This document shows, piece by piece, positions 40,623 to 54,850 of a stretch of 64,000 bases of DNA; the first letter of the stretch is position 1; every line of letters begins with the position of its first letter. Below the pieces are notes generated by a model. That model was not told the origin of the DNA, searched no databases, and saw only the letters and a list, made by a program, of their open reading frames with translations. Source of the stretch: Eledone cirrhosa (lineage: Eukaryota); contig OZ024741.1 in assembly GCA_964016885.1 (NCBI GenBank), forward strand, positions 65,968,001 through 66,032,000, given 5' to 3'. Both the position numbers and the translations under genes were made by a program.

Positions 40623-41712
40623 GATGTAGTGGGATCACAGGTAAGCTAACTAAGAACATAGATTTTACATGTGGCCGGTGCTCTGGTGCAATAAGTAGCA
40701 GCAAGTGCCCACAAAATACTAGCTCTTTCAATTGCGCAGAGGGTTCTATAGAAATAGTGGACAGCTTCCGTTACCTGGGCGATAAAATCAGCAGTGGGGG
40801 AGGGTGCTCTGAAAGTACAGTAGCTAGAGTCAGAACTGGGTGGAAAAAGTTCAGAGAGCTTATACCACTATTAGCTGCTAAAGGGTTCTCCCTAAAAATG
40901 AAAGGCAGGTTGTACGATGCCTGCATACGAACAGCAATGTTGCATGGCAGTGAGACCTGGGCATTGTGTGCAGAGGATATACGCAGACTAGAGAGGAACG
41001 AAGCTTGCATGCTCCGCTGGATGTGTAACAGTAATATACGTGAACGGCAAAGCATAAACGAACTAAGGAAAAAATTAGAAATAAGAGGGATCAGATGTTG
41101 TTTACTCGAGAGAAGGCTACGTTGGTATGGACACGTGATGCGCATGAAAGTCGATAACTGTATAACAAAGTGCAGGGCAATAAAGATAGACGGTAGCCAC
41201 GGAATAGGCAGACCTAGAAAAACCTGGGATGAGCTGATAAACTCCGACCTCACACACTTACACCTCTCCAAGACAATGTCACTGGACCGAGACCTTTGGC
41301 GGTACTCAGTAACAGAGAAGACCCGCCTTACCTAAATACATAGTAAAACCTACTACAGCCAGTAGGCATCTCTAACAAAATACACCCCGTCCCACCACCA
41401 CCACCCCCACCCCATCCACACCACCCCGTTCTATGTAAAGTTATGTTGGTGCCGCGCCATCCAGGCCGAAACAAATGAGATCGTGTAGGTGTCACGACAA
41501 AAAAACACACAGTCCACGCTGTAATGTGGCCGTGTAGGCAACACGGTAAAAACCTCCCAGACCCACACTGCAAATGTGGTTGGTGTTAGGAAGGGCATCC
41601 AACTGTAGAAAACCTGCCAGACAGTCCTATGCGAGCAAGACAATCACTCTTGCCTCAAGTGGGACTACCCCCGTCCAAACCCATGCAAGCGTGGAACACG
41701 GACGTTAAACGT

Positions 41713-41742
<30 letters not shown>
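40623..41742 (+). pseudogene. RTE LINE (subfamily 1) 3' fragment with UTR and (GAT)n tail
   Basis: ORF 40757-41335; 3' UTR matches 37969-38363. Confidence 0.92.
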
Positions 41743-41743
<1 letters not shown>

Positions 41744-41923
41744 ATATATATATGTATATATATATATTGTTATACTTTGGGAGGGTCATGTTGCCAATAA
41801 GAAACACACGCACCAGTTGCTTTCACTTCAATTTATATATATATGTATATATATACATATATATACATATATATATATATACATATATATATACATATAT
41901 ATATATATATGTATATATATATG

Positions 41924-41956
<33 letters not shown>

Positions 41957-41988
41957 GTATATATATATATATGTATATATATATATGT

Positions 41989-42215
41989 ATCATCATCATC
42001 ATCATCATCATCAGGTTTAGCGTCCGTGTTCCACGCTTGCATGGGTTTGGACGGGGGTTTTCCCACTTGAGGCAAGAGTGGTTGTCTTGCTCGCATAGGA
42101 CTGTCTGGCGGGTTTTCTACAGTTGGATGCCCTTCCTAACACCAACCACAGTTACAGTGTGGGGCTGGGAGGTTTTTACCGTGTTGCCTACACGGCCACA
42201 TTACAGCGTGGACTG
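41989..42215 (-). mobile_element. RTE subfamily 1 3' UTR fragment
   Basis: Reverse complement of ~41510-41742. Confidence 0.85.
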
Positions 42216-42276
<61 letters not shown>

Positions 42277-42277
42277 G

Positions 42278-42316
<39 letters not shown>

Positions 42317-42327
42317 GTATATATATA

Positions 42328-43325
42328 TCATCATCATCATCATCATCATCACCGTTTTACGTCCATTCTTCCACGCTAGCATGGGTTAGACGGGTTGTCC
42401 TGTTGTGGGCAGTGTCTGGTCGGCTGACCATGCCTTGCTCATACAGGAACTGATTTTGCTTGATTTCTACACCGGGACGCCCTTCCTAACACCAACCTCA
42501 TTTACAGTGAGTGCTGGGTGCTTTTTCGTGGCGCCTACACGTCCACTTTACAGTGTGGGCTGGGTGCTTTTTTGCCGTGGCACCTCCACGACCACCTTGC
42601 GGTGGGGGGGGGGGGGGGCATATTGTCTATATGCTTCAGCTTGTACCCATGGGAGGTCGGGTACTCTGTATTACTGCGTGACGCCAGAAGTCACGGTCGC
42701 GTGTCATTGTCTTTGAGAGGTGTAATTGGGTAAGGTCGGCTTTTATCACCTCATCCCAGGTTATCTTGGGTCTCCCCACTCCGCGGTTTCCATCAACTTC
42801 TAGTGCTCTGCACCTTTTTATGCAGCTGTCATCCTTCATACGCATCACATGTCCATACCAGCGCAACCGCCTCTCCTGCACACAGCATTTGATTCCTCTT
42901 ATTCTCAGTCTCTCTCTCAATTCATTTATGCTTTGTCGTTCACGTATATTACTGTTACACATCCATCAGAGCATGCAGGCTTCGTTTCTCTCTAATCTAC
43001 GTAAGTCTTCCACCTTCAGTGCCCAGGTCTCACTACCATGCAACATCGCTGTTCGGATACACGCATCATACAGTCTGCCTTTCATTCTGAGGGAGAAGCC
43101 TTTTGCAGCTAGCAGTGGTAGTAGTTCCCTAAACTTCTTCCATCCCGTTCTTACCCTAGTTATCTAAGAGCCCACCAGATTACAGCACGTGGAACTCTGT
43201 CAAAGGCTTTCTCAAGGTCGACAAATGCCAGGTAGAGTGGCTTACTTTTAGCTAGGTACTTTTTCTGTAACTGCCTCACAAGGAAGAGGGCATCAGTGGT
43301 GCCTCTTCCTGGTACAAACCCAAAT
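42328..43325 (-). pseudogene. RTE LINE (subfamily 2) with an ~650-bp internal deletion
   Basis: Matches 44204-45845, joined at a cctagtt microhomology near 43156-43163; YADD and PHD are lost. Confidence 0.88.
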
Positions 43326-43377
43326 TATATATATGTATATATATATATATGTATATATATATGCATATATATATATG

Positions 43378-43509
<132 letters not shown>

Positions 43510-43514
43510 TATAA

Positions 43515-43590
<76 letters not shown>

Positions 43591-43625
43591 TCATCATTTT
43601 ACGTTTGCTTATGTATATATATATG

Positions 43626-43658
<33 letters not shown>

Positions 43659-43675
43659 GTATATATATATATATG

Positions 43676-43726
<51 letters not shown>

Positions 43727-43789
43727 GTATATATATATGTATATATATATGTATATATATATGTACATATATATATGTATATACATATG

Positions 43790-43837
<48 letters not shown>

Positions 43838-43838
<1 letters not shown>

Positions 43839-43996
43839 TTCTGGACTAAAGTAACTTTAGTCCAGAAATAGCCGTCGAAACAGGCTTGAGCTCTGCCGTC
43901 GGGGTCATACTTTCTCCTATTACCCACTCTACTACCCTAAGTATTGAGTACTCTGGTGCGTTATAGTCCATCTGGTTCCTTACCACAACCTCTCCG

Positions 43997-43999
<3 letters not shown>
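43838..43999. mobile_element. Family E two-armed mini insertion
   Basis: tttctggactaaagt is inverted against actttagtccagaaa, followed by the full core and long end. Confidence 0.75.
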
Positions 44000-44057
<58 letters not shown>

Positions 44058-44071
44058 CATATATATGTATA

Positions 44072-44120
<49 letters not shown>

Positions 44121-44203
44121 TCATCATCATCATCATATATATATATATATATATATATCATCATCATCATTTTACGTTCGCTTATATATATATATATATA
44201 TAT

Positions 44204-46089
44204 ATCATCATCATCATCATCATCACCGTTTTACGTCCGTTCTTCCACGCTAGCATGGGTTAGACGGGTTGTCCTGTTGTGGGCAGTGTCTGGTCGGCTG
44301 ACCATGCCTTGCTCATACAGGAACTGATCTGGCTTGATTTCTACAGCTGGATGCCCTTCCTAACACCAACCTCATTTACAGTGAGTGCTGGGTGCTTTTT
44401 CGTGGCGCCTACACGTCCACTTTACAGTGTGGGCTGGGTGCTTTTTTGCCGTGGCACCTCCACGACCACCTTGCGGTGGGGGGGGGGGGGGCATATTGTT
44501 TATATGCTTCAGCATGTACCCATGGGAGGTCGGGTACCCTGTATTACTGCGTGACGCCAGAAGTCACGGTCGTGTGTCATTGACTTTGAGAGGTGTAGTT
44601 GGGTAAGGTCGGCTTTTATCACCTCATCCCAAGTCATCTTGGGTCTCCCCACTCCGCGGTTTCCATCAACTTCTAGTGCTCTGCACCTTTTTATGCAGCT
44701 GTCATCCTTCATACACATCACATGTCCATACCAGCGTAACCGCCTCTCCTGCACGCAGCATTTGATTCCTCTTATGCTCAGTCTCTCTCTCAATTCATTT
44801 ATGCTTTGTCGTTCACGTATATTACTGTTACACATCCATCGGAGCATGCAGGCTTCGTTTCTCTCTAATCTACGTAAGTCTTCCACCTTCAGCGCCCAGG
44901 TCTCACTACCATGCAACATCGCTGTTCGGATACACGCATCATACAGTCTGCCTTTCATTCTGAGGGAGAAGCCTTTTGCAGCTAGCAGTGGTAGTAGTTC
45001 CCTAAACTTCTTCCATCCCGTTCTTACCCTAGTTATTGTACTTTCTGAGCACCCACCTCCGTTGCTAATTCGGTCACCTAGGTAGCAGAAGCTGTCTACT
45101 GTTTCTACAGGGCCCTCCCAGAGATTGGTGGTACTTGTTTCCTGTGGCTGTTTGCTTGCTGTTTCAGCACAGCTGCTGCATGTGAATCCTACATTCTTAA
45201 TTAAGCTTCCTGAGATCCCGCTACATCTCTTGTGTACCCATTGTTTGCATTTGGGGCAAAGAATGGAGTTCCTACCTACACCTTTCCTACATACTGAGCA
45301 AGGCCATTTCCCTGAGGGGATCTGGGTTCTGTTTTCTCGTCTACTTATAAGGACCTTAGTCTTTGTCATGTTGACTTTGAGGCCCTTTCTCTCTAGTCCC
45401 TGCTTCCAGGTTTGGAATTTATTCTCTAGTTCTACCATAGATTCAGCTATGAGTGCGAGGTCATCAGCATACAGGAGTTCCCATGGGCATCCGGTCTTAA
45501 ACTCCTCCGTTATTGCCTGCAGGACTATGATGAACAGGAGAGGGCTAAGAACAGAGCCCTGGTGGACCCCAACCTGTACGCTAAATTCCTCGCTATACTC
45601 ATTGCCAATCCTAACTTTGCTGACTGCTCCCCTATACATGGCTTGTACCGCTTTCACAAGCCATTCATCTACTCCTAGTTTTCTAAGAGCCCACCAGATT
45701 ACTGCACGTGGAACTCTGTCAAAGGCTTTCTCAAGGTCGACAAATGCCAAGTAGAGTGGCTTACTTTTAGCTAGGTACTTTTCCTGTAATTGCCTCACAA
45801 GGAAGAGCGCATCAGTGGTGCCTTTCCCTGGTACAAACCCAAATTGCATCTCGTCTATATTCACCCGGTCCCTAATCAGCTGTGCTATAACTCTTTCTGT
45901 TACTTTCATGACCTGGTCCATCAACTTTATACCTCTATAGTTTCCTCTATCTAGTGCATCGCCTTTACCTTTGTAGCAGTTGACAATGATGCTACTGCAC
46001 CAATCTTTTGGTATGGCCCCCTCTAGTATTACCTGGTTAACAATACGTGTGGTTATAGTGTGACCTACAGACCCAGATGCCTTCAGCAT
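44204..46089 (-). pseudogene. RTE LINE (subfamily 2), 5'-truncated, open RT + PHD-like finger, 3' UTR and (GAT)n tail
   Basis: MLKASG...YADD...WPCSVC..CPKCKQWVHKRC..CSSC...FCYLG...GRPKMTW; stop at 44509. Confidence 0.93.
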
Positions 46090-46149
46090 ATATATATATA
46101 TATATATATAAATATACATATATATGTCTGTGTGTGTGTGTATATACAC

Positions 46150-46411
46150 ACACACAATCATCGCGTACACACATACACAAAATCATCCAACATATGATTT
46201 GTGACATTTGCACTAGATCACATATTTGCTTTATCGTTCATTAAATGACTATGAATACATATCTTTAGTACTTGTTTTACAAGTTGGTATACAGCTACGA
46301 CTATTATGGAAAGTTGACTCTGGTAGAGATTTGAACTTGAAATGTTAAGAGACGAAGTGGCAGTGAGAGTATAGGACAAAATGCCTTGCTATATTTATAT
46401 ATACATATATA
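46150..46411 (+). repeat. 262-bp direct repeat, copy 2
   Basis: Matches 26701-26962. Confidence 0.93.
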
Positions 46412-46634
46412 CGCTTAAATTTGGTGGTTTAACACTGAGTAGATGGTGGTTTAACACTTGGTCATTCTGCAATGTTAATCTTGACGTAATATGAGAAGAG
46501 CACTCGACGTTATGCAACTCATCCATCTTTGATGTTGAATCATGTTGGTGGTGCAGGAACGGAGTAAATGTATTATAAAGTGAAATGACAGGAGGCCAAA
46601 TATGTTGAATTTCCTTAATTATTTATTCCTGCAA

Positions 46635-46692
46635 ACACTATGCACATTTCAGTGGCCAGGTTGCATAAGAACCTGGTGACATCTTCAGGTGT
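46635..46692 (-). ncRNA. Type I hammerhead ribozyme in an old PLE remnant
   Basis: acac CTGAAGA tgtcaccaggtt cttatgc aacctggccact GAAA tgtgca TA gtgt. Confidence 0.78.
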
Positions 46693-47008
46693 AAATTGCG
46701 TTATAGATGTATACCAATGGAATGATGGTAAACTTTAAAGAAACAGAGACGGATGGCGAGGCATTGTAACATGCTCTTCATTCGTCTCTGGGTCAAAAGC
46801 ATAAACACACACTTTTTTTCTTCTCTGTTTTTTTCTTTGTTTGTTTCCTTATAGTTTACCATCATTCAAATAAAGTTCAGATATAAAAGAATAAGCTTAA
46901 AAAGAATTTATTATCAAATAAACAAAAAATAAAATATAGACGTTTGAAAAAGGGGGGGGGGGGGCTTGTCCCCTGGTAACCCCTGAAACAGGGCCCTTGG
47001 TTTTAAAG

Positions 47009-47512
47009 CATAGGTGCTCGAACTTTTTTGGTCACCCCCGTCCCCCCTTCACGATCACGTAATACCCTCAGCGCCCCCAACCCTATTTCCAGAGAGACCT
47101 GCTCACACGCAAATTGTAAATAATATGAAATGAATAAAATCGTTAATTTATATATAATAAATAATATAATTTGTTCTACTTTTGGCACAAGGCCACCAAT
47201 TATCCCAGTGTAATACTGGTACTTTATTTTATCAACCCCGTAAGGCAAAGTTAACCTCGGCGGGAATTGAACTCAGACCATAAAGGGCCGTAACTCTTTG
47301 CTGCAAAGCATGGCATCCGACCCTCTAGAAATACTGCCATAAATAATATAATATATACTGTTCAAATAAATATCATATATTTTTTATTTTACTATATTTA
47401 TATATGATATGTATCATTTGATATTTGATATACTATTATATCATCTCTACCGCCCCTCTCAACCTTTTCAACGCCCCTCCCGGGGCGGTACCACCTACTT
47501 TGAGAACCTCTG
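47009..47512. mobile_element. hAT-type MITE containing a nested S1 SINE (47171-47338, -)
   Basis: Exact 8-bp TSD ttttaaag; TIR cataggtgctcgaa / tttgagaacctctg; SINE flanked by a 14-bp duplication ataaataatataat. Confidence 0.85.
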
Positions 47513-48521
47513 TTTTAAAGCCTTGTTATATGATGATCTTTAGTACATTCAAAGAAAAGCATTACGCCAACGGTATATATGTCAGCAGAAGGCTTTAGTC
47601 ACTTATACAATAACTTTATGAGTAGGCTGCTTTGTTGATTGAGCAACTAGATCACACATCGCTGAAACCAGCTGAGGCCCATTCTATTCACTGATCTATT
47701 TCTCTCTCAGTCGGTTAACATCATTCACACCAGAGCTAATACATAATCTTACGGTGTATGGAGAGGATATATTAAATGATATACTCATTCAAACATTTAC
47801 AGTAATTCTGGAGGACCCTATGAAACCAACTTTACGTTAAGTGGTAGACCAAGAATTTCATTAGACTGATTACGACTATACTTCAGTATTTCAGCAGATA
47901 AATTGAAATACAGAGCAATGGAATCAATAGTCTTGATTTACAAACCATTATGTTCTTTGACGTAACATTTCCTAATCAGGAGAAAGGAAGCCAGCTAAAA
48001 TTTGGCTCAATAAAAAGGACCACTAACAAGCTTAAAAAACAAATGCATAAAAGTTTAAAAAATAGAAACCTAATATATGAAAAAAATAAAATAAAAAAGA
48101 AATTCCTGAATTTTATCCAGAAATTTGAAGATAATGGAATTTTGCCAATATAGCCAGTAGCAGATAAAATGTTGAACAGAAGTTACTTTATATGTAGACA
48201 AATGGACAAATGGAGTGGAAGTGAGGGCAGGAGGTCGGGGTAGATAAATAACTAAATGATAATAATAATAACATCATCAAAAATAATAATATTAATGGTT
48301 TCTAATTTAAGTGGAAAGGGGTTTGTCGATTACATTGACTCCAGTACATAACAGGTGCATTATTTTATCTGTCCTAGAAACATGAAAGGCAAAATTGACC
48401 TGGGCGGGATTTGAACTCAGAACATATAGGGCTATAAAGAAATATAAATATTAATACTAGAATGTATTTCATTCGACACACTAAAAAATCTGCCAGAGAA
48501 TATCTTTTTTATTTAAGGCTT

Positions 48522-49760
48522 TTAACATCTTGAGTCGAATTTCATCCTCCCCAGCAGCCTAGCCACATTTGAGCTCTTTAATTGCTCTTGTGACATCTCA
48601 GCCTCCGAGAGATTAGTCATTGCTCCCAGATGCACCTCGTGTACATCAGAAGATACTGTTGTGGTCGGATTTAGGGGACCAGTGAAGTATTTTCTCCACC
48701 TTGGGAGGATGCATCTCTCTGAAGAGAGGAGAACTCCGGACACATTCCTGATAGCAGTTGTGGAGGAGTACTTCTTATTACAAAGTCGTTGTATGGTCTG
48801 CCAGAACACTTTATCTGTTGATCTGAAGTTGGATTCCAGCTTAACCCCAGAGACCTCCCATGCCTTAACGCAGTGGTTCTCAACCTTTTTTTGCCAACGG
48901 CAAACCTTGGAACACATGAAAAAATAGCAACACACCTGGCTAAATATATATGAAAAATATTTGAATTTTACAAAATAAAAACATGGCGAAAATGAAATTT
49001 TGCGGCACACTTAGGAAGTTCTCACGGCACACCAGTGTGCCACGGCACACTGGTTGAGAATCACTGCATTAACGATTTTACCATGTATACTGCGAATTTT
49101 CACGTCTGCTTCTACGGCAAGTGTAAGGAGGATTTATTTCCAAGCCAAGCTTTGTATACCCACTTCTTTGCTCGTATAACACCTATGACCTTTTGATTAA
49201 ACCAATGGGTCCTCCTGCTATCCTGCACCTCACCAAGCCTATTTTGCTCGCAGCATTTAACAGCCGAAACAGAAACTGCCAATTTAAACAGTCTCCCCTT
49301 TGTTTCAATGTCTTCAGTTTGCCCAGGGAGTTCTCTGAATGTTGATGCAATAGTATCCGCATACCTGGTCCTGACTTCCTTATCCACCAACACTTCTCAT
49401 TTTATCCTGTAGATCGACCTGGACCTGTCTGTTTTGTGGGCTTCTTTGTCTTTAGATAGTTTCAAGTTGCAGATAACTAATTGGCGATCAGTTGACAGCT
49501 CAGCCTCTCTCTTAACACGAACGTCCAGCACAGAATCGAAGAGATCAAAGACAATAACAAAATCAATTATTGATCTCTGTCCCTGACTTCTCATATGTCA
49601 TGTATATCTCTGCGGTGGCAGAAGGCGTTCATAAGAGAGAGTCCATTGCTAGAACAGAAGTCTAAAAATCTCTCCATTTGTATTTAGATTGTGATCACAT
49701 ATTCCCTCCAATCCCTCCTTTCCATATCAGGTGGTCAGGTGGTCAGTGCCAGCATGTCTC
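48522..49760 (-). pseudogene. Old degraded RTE-type LINE fragment (endonuclease C-terminus to RT start)
   Basis: QRSIIDFVIV..VLDVRVKR.AELSTD..LV, KVFWQTIQRL, ILPRWRKYF..LN across several frames. Confidence 0.75.
48871..49066. mobile_element. hAT-type MITE inserted in the old RTE
   Basis: TIR cagtggttctcaacc / ggttgagaatcactg; 8-bp TSD ccttaacg / cattaacg. Confidence 0.88.
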
Positions 49761-50144
49761 CCATTAGAGTCATAACGACTAATATTTGGAGGAGTAAAAC
49801 GCAACAAACAGATAAAGGATTATAGCATGGATTCAGGTGTGTGTATGTATAGAAAATAGAGATGGATAGAAAGAAGGTGGGAGAGGGAGATAGATAGATA
49901 GAGACAGAAATAGTTAGAATTGTATGTGTGTGTGTGTGTAGAAAATAAGGAAGGGTATATATGTATGTATATATGTATGTATCTAAAAGTCTAAAGTCTG
50001 TCTCAGGCCAGAGGGCTCATTTGGCCGGTGCCTATCCTTGTTTCATGGTGTGAAGCGAAAGAGTACAAGACTTCCCCATGGACAGGACGCCAATCCATTG
50101 CAGGGTTAAACCCCCAGCTATTGCTGGTACTTATTTTCAGTTGA

Positions 50145-50243
<99 letters not shown>

Positions 50244-50248
50244 GTGAG

Positions 50249-50470
50249 TGAAGGCGTGTGGTTGAGTGGTTAGAGAATTGGATTCACAATCTTGAGGTTG
50301 TGAGTTCGATTCCTGGACCGGGCGATGCGTTATGTCCTTGAGCAAGGCACTTTATTTCACGTTGCTCCTTCTACCTGGAGTTGCGACCGATAGATAGTAT
50401 TAGCAACTGGAAAGACCAACGGAAACATTGTTTCCTCGGTCCGATTTGACGAAAGTCGATCGATATGAGA
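50249..50470 (+). mobile_element. S2 tRNA-derived SINE
   Basis: A box tggttgagtgg, B box gttcgattcc, then gtccttgagcaaggcact. Confidence 0.8.
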
Positions 50471-50505
<35 letters not shown>

Positions 50506-51771
50506 TGGAGCAACAGAATTAGAATTTTCTGTGTGTACACACACATATATGTGTGTGTGTACGTGCACACATGTGTGCACTTATATATGTGTATGTGCAC
50601 ACGTGTGAGAGTGTGAATAGGAAAGAAAACAATACTTGATTGTTTTATTGTATGTAGGAGGTACGGGGAGGAGTGTAGGAGTGAATAAGAGAGAGAACCC
50701 ACAGGACATAGATAAGGGGGGTGGGGGGAAACAATGATTATATCTGTGATTGAGTATGTGTGATGTGCCTTTCTGTGTGTGTGTGTGTATGTAATTATAT
50801 CTGTGATTGAGTATGTGTGGTGTGCCTTTCTGTGTGTGTGTGTGTAATTATATCTGTGACTGAGTATGTGTGTTGTGCCTTTCTGTGTGTGTGTGATTAT
50901 TTGTGTATGATTGTTTGTGTTGTGTCTGTGTGTGTGTGTGCAAGTGGTTATATCTGTGTGATTGTGTGTATGTGTTTAGTACTCGTGTATGTGTGTGTTG
51001 TGGCAGTATGTAACAGATTATATGTGATTATATGTGTGTGTGTGTGTTGTGCTTCTGTGTGTGTGTGTAAATGATTATATATGTGTGTGTTCATGTTGTG
51101 TATGTTTGTGTATAAGTGGTTACATATGTGTGTGATAGTGTGTATGTGTGTGTGTGCACGTTATTATATATGTGTGTGATAGTGTGTGTGTGTGTGCACG
51201 CGCAAGTGATTATATGTGTGTGATAGTGTGTGTATGTGTGCAAGTGATTATATATGTTTGTGATAGTGTGAGTGTGTGCAAGAGATTATATGTGTGTGAT
51301 AGTACCTGTGTGTGTGTATCCCTATAGAGAAAGAGAGTGGAGAGAGAGGAAAAAGAGAGAGAAACACATGTATACACCCCAACCACTCCTATCCACACCC
51401 ACATACACATACAGACAAATTGGTTACCTTTTGATTTCTCTGTAATGTACCTTAATGTATTGGCTGTGTATTGTCTTTGAACAACAGCAGCAAGCATTGT
51501 CTTCTATGTTCAATAAATTAACCAAAATCAATTAATCAATAAATCAATCAAATAAGCCAAGTAATCAATTGAAAAGAGAGAATGTACGTCTAACATGATC
51601 AACAATTATCAATGGCTACCTCATCACTGAAATCTGGTGACAGCTTGTACAAAGACTGACACCCCAGACTGTTTTGAATTAACAAAATTTACATATCTAT
51701 ATCAACCTTACTGCTTTTGTATAAAGCATGATATATGATAAAAAGTGGTGATGTTTTGTATATATATATAT

Positions 51772-51961
51772 AAGAAAAGGTTTGACACCTACGGCAGAGC
51801 TCAAGCCATTTCGACGGCTATTTTTGTCCAGAAATAGCCATCGAAACGGCTTGAGCTCTGCCGTCGGAGTCAAACTTTTTCCTATTACCAACTCTACTAC
51901 CCTGAGTATTGAGTACTCTGGTGCATTATGGTCCATCTGGTTCCTTACCACACCTCCTTTG

Positions 51962-52004
<43 letters not shown>

Positions 52005-52168
52005 AAAAGAGTCAGGACCCTGACAGCTGAGCTCCAGCCGTTTCGACAGCTAGTTCTGAATGAGAAATGGCCGGAGCTCAGCCGTCAGGGTCCTGACTCT
52101 TTTCCTATTACCCACTCTTCTACCCAAAGTATGGAGTACTCTGGTGCATTATGGTCCACCTTCCTTCG

Positions 52169-52172
<4 letters not shown>
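51772..52172. mobile_element. Two adjacent family E two-armed minis (51772-51964, 52002-52171)
   Basis: Each has a minus short-end arm on the left and a plus long-end arm on the right; they are separated by (TA)n. Confidence 0.78.
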
Positions 52173-52232
<60 letters not shown>

Positions 52233-52236
<4 letters not shown>

Positions 52237-52712
52237 TCATCATCATCATCACCGTTTTACGTCCATTCTTCCACGCTAGCATGGGTTAGACGAGTTGTCC
52301 TGTTGTGGGCAGTGTCTGGTCGGCTGACCATGCCTTGCTCATACAGGAACTGGTGCCACACAGTAATACAGAAGACCCGACTTCTCACGAGTACAAGCCG
52401 AGGCTGAAGCATATAGACAATATGCTGCCACCCCCTCCCGCTGCAAAGTAGTCGTGGAGGTGTCACGACACTAAAGCACCCAGCCCACACTATAAAGTGG
52501 TCATGTAGACGCCACAGTAAAAAAGCACCCAGCACTCACTGTAAATGAGGTTGGTGTTAGGAAGGGCATCCAGCTGTAGAAATAAGCCAAAATCAGTTCC
52601 TATATGAGCAAAACAAGGTCACCCGACTTGGCATTACCCACAACAGGACAACCCGTCTAACCCATGCTAGTGTGGAAGAATGGACGTAAAACGGTGATGA
52701 TGATGATGATGA
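52233..52712. mobile_element. Head-to-head pair of RTE subfamily-2 3' ends
   Basis: (cat)n-caccgttttacgtcc.. on the left, ..ggacgtaaaacggt(gat)n on the right; junction ~52352. Confidence 0.8.
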
Positions 52713-52903
52713 TATATATGTCCTGCAATGAACAGTTCAAGGAGAGAAGGAGAGAGGCAGACAGAAAAAGATATGGGAGGACAACATCCCAGAAGATGAG
52801 AGGAATGGAAGGAGCTGGTTGCCAGGTCATCTGTGGCACCCCAAACAGTCCACCTGACTATGGGACAGATGAGATGAGATATATATATATATATATATAT
52901 ATA

Positions 52904-52993
52904 TAACGAAGGATATGTGGTAAGGAACCAGATGGACCATAACGTAGAAATTGCCGTCGACACGGCTTGAGGTCTGCCGTCGGAGTTAAACAT

Positions 52994-52999
<6 letters not shown>
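52904..52999. mobile_element. Family E two-armed mini
   Basis: Left minus long end (ccttcgtta), right plus short end (cattttca). Confidence 0.7.
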
Positions 53000-53084
<85 letters not shown>

Positions 53085-53388
53085 AGTGAGACTTGAGCAC
53101 TGAACGTAAATTACCTGCAAACATTGGACAATAATAATGCAAACATCATCTGTAATATAGAAACTACATAATACTACAACTGCAGCCTCATGACATCCTT
53201 CGCCCCCCAAACCTTACGGCGCTAAAGGGCTTTTAGGGCTTAAACCCCTCCAATAATTTTTTTCAATATATTTGTGCTTTGGTTTTTACTACACTGATTT
53301 TCTATTGACTCTAAATATGTTAGTATGATCATATTTTTAATTCCTTTCTAAAGCCTGTATTGGTGATAAAAATGCCTGAGCTAATAAT

Positions 53389-53568
53389 AATTATTTCTAC
53401 TTTTGGCACAAGGCAGCAATTAACCAGTACATTACTGGTACTTTATTTTATTGACCCCATAAGGATGAAAGGCAAAGTTAACCTCGACGGGATTTGAACT
53501 AGACCGTAAAGGGACGTAACTATACTAGAAAGCATGGTGTCCAACCCTTTACCGATACTGCCAATTCA
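53389..53568 (-). mobile_element. S1 SINE
   Basis: S1 motif. Confidence 0.78.
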
Positions 53569-54280
53569 ACAATACACATGTACATTATATATACTTATGC
53601 CACCAACCCCCCACCCAATCCCCAAATTTACAGATCTGCCCATATAACAGTAATTGGAGCAGTCTTATCACTGTTTTACTGAGAGGGCCTGGATATGGTT
53701 TTGAAGGAGGAGTTTCAATTTAATTTATGGCTGATACTGTATGTGTTTGATTGTAAGATTTGTGTTTACTTGAGTTTGTGGATAGCATGGTTAGGTTTAA
53801 ATTGGTATATGTTCTAAGTTAAAGCAAATGATGATCTTAATCTATGAGAGGTTGTTGTTTAGCTTAGTTCAGCCCTGCAGTTGAAACCTTTATACGGAAG
53901 AATTTGTTCATATGCCTACACATGGACAATATTTTGTATTTCTTGTTCAAACCTCAAATTCTGTTCTGCCATTAATCTTTGAATCATTTGAAAGGTTACA
54001 TGTGGTATAAAGCTGCGTAGTGATGTGCCACTACCCAGTTTCTAATAAATAAATAAAATGTAATACGTGTACTGAGTACTTTTCTCACATTTGTTTACCC
54101 TAACACATGTACACCAACACATATATTAATGCACATATAGAGCGATGTATTAGTGTTATTTAGTTACAACCCTTTACATTCTGGGTTCAAATCCCATCCA
54201 GATCAAATGTACTTGTACAAATTTTTTAAGATGCCGAATAAAAGGTTTGGAAAATGTACAATCTCAATGTCTTTTCTTAA

Positions 54281-54850
54281 CCCTTTAGCATTGAAACTGC
54301 CAATATCTGGCCAGAATTCTCTCACCTCTTTCTGTTCAAACTGGCTGTAACCAGTCCCTAATACTGATGTTAAGGTATTGTTCTCAAAATAAATGATATT
54401 AAAATCTCGTAGATTTGATATTATGTTAAATAATTATGTAAGATGAAGCCTTTGCTGCGAAAATACAATAGTAAATATAGAGTAATCATCATCATCATCA
54501 TTATTTTACATCCGCTTTTCCCTGCTTGCAAGGGTGAGACGGGAACTGATTCTGGCTTGATTTCTACAGCTGGATGCCCTTCCTAACACCAATCTCATTT
54601 ACAGTGAGTGATGGGTGCTTTTTTTCTGTGGCACCTACACGTCCACTTTGTAGTGGAATGATAGGGACCCCAGTCTCTATCATCTCATTTCTACAGCTGA
54701 GTAAACTGGAGCAATGTGAAATAAAGTGTCTTGCTCAAGGAAACAACACATCACCCGGTCTGAGAATTGAACTCACAACCTTTTGATTGCAAGGCCAATG
54801 CTCTAACCACTAAGCCATGCGCCTTTACTGTAAATGTAAATACTAAAGGG
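54281..54850. mobile_element. piggyBac-like MITE with a nested S2 SINE (54486-54826, -) bearing an RTE tail
   Basis: ttaa-ccctttagcatt ... tactaaaggg-ctaa; body matches 56944-57163. Confidence 0.78.

Noticed and set aside
50252-50325. tRNA gene
   Set aside because: A and B boxes continue into a repeated SINE body and no convincing cloverleaf is evident.
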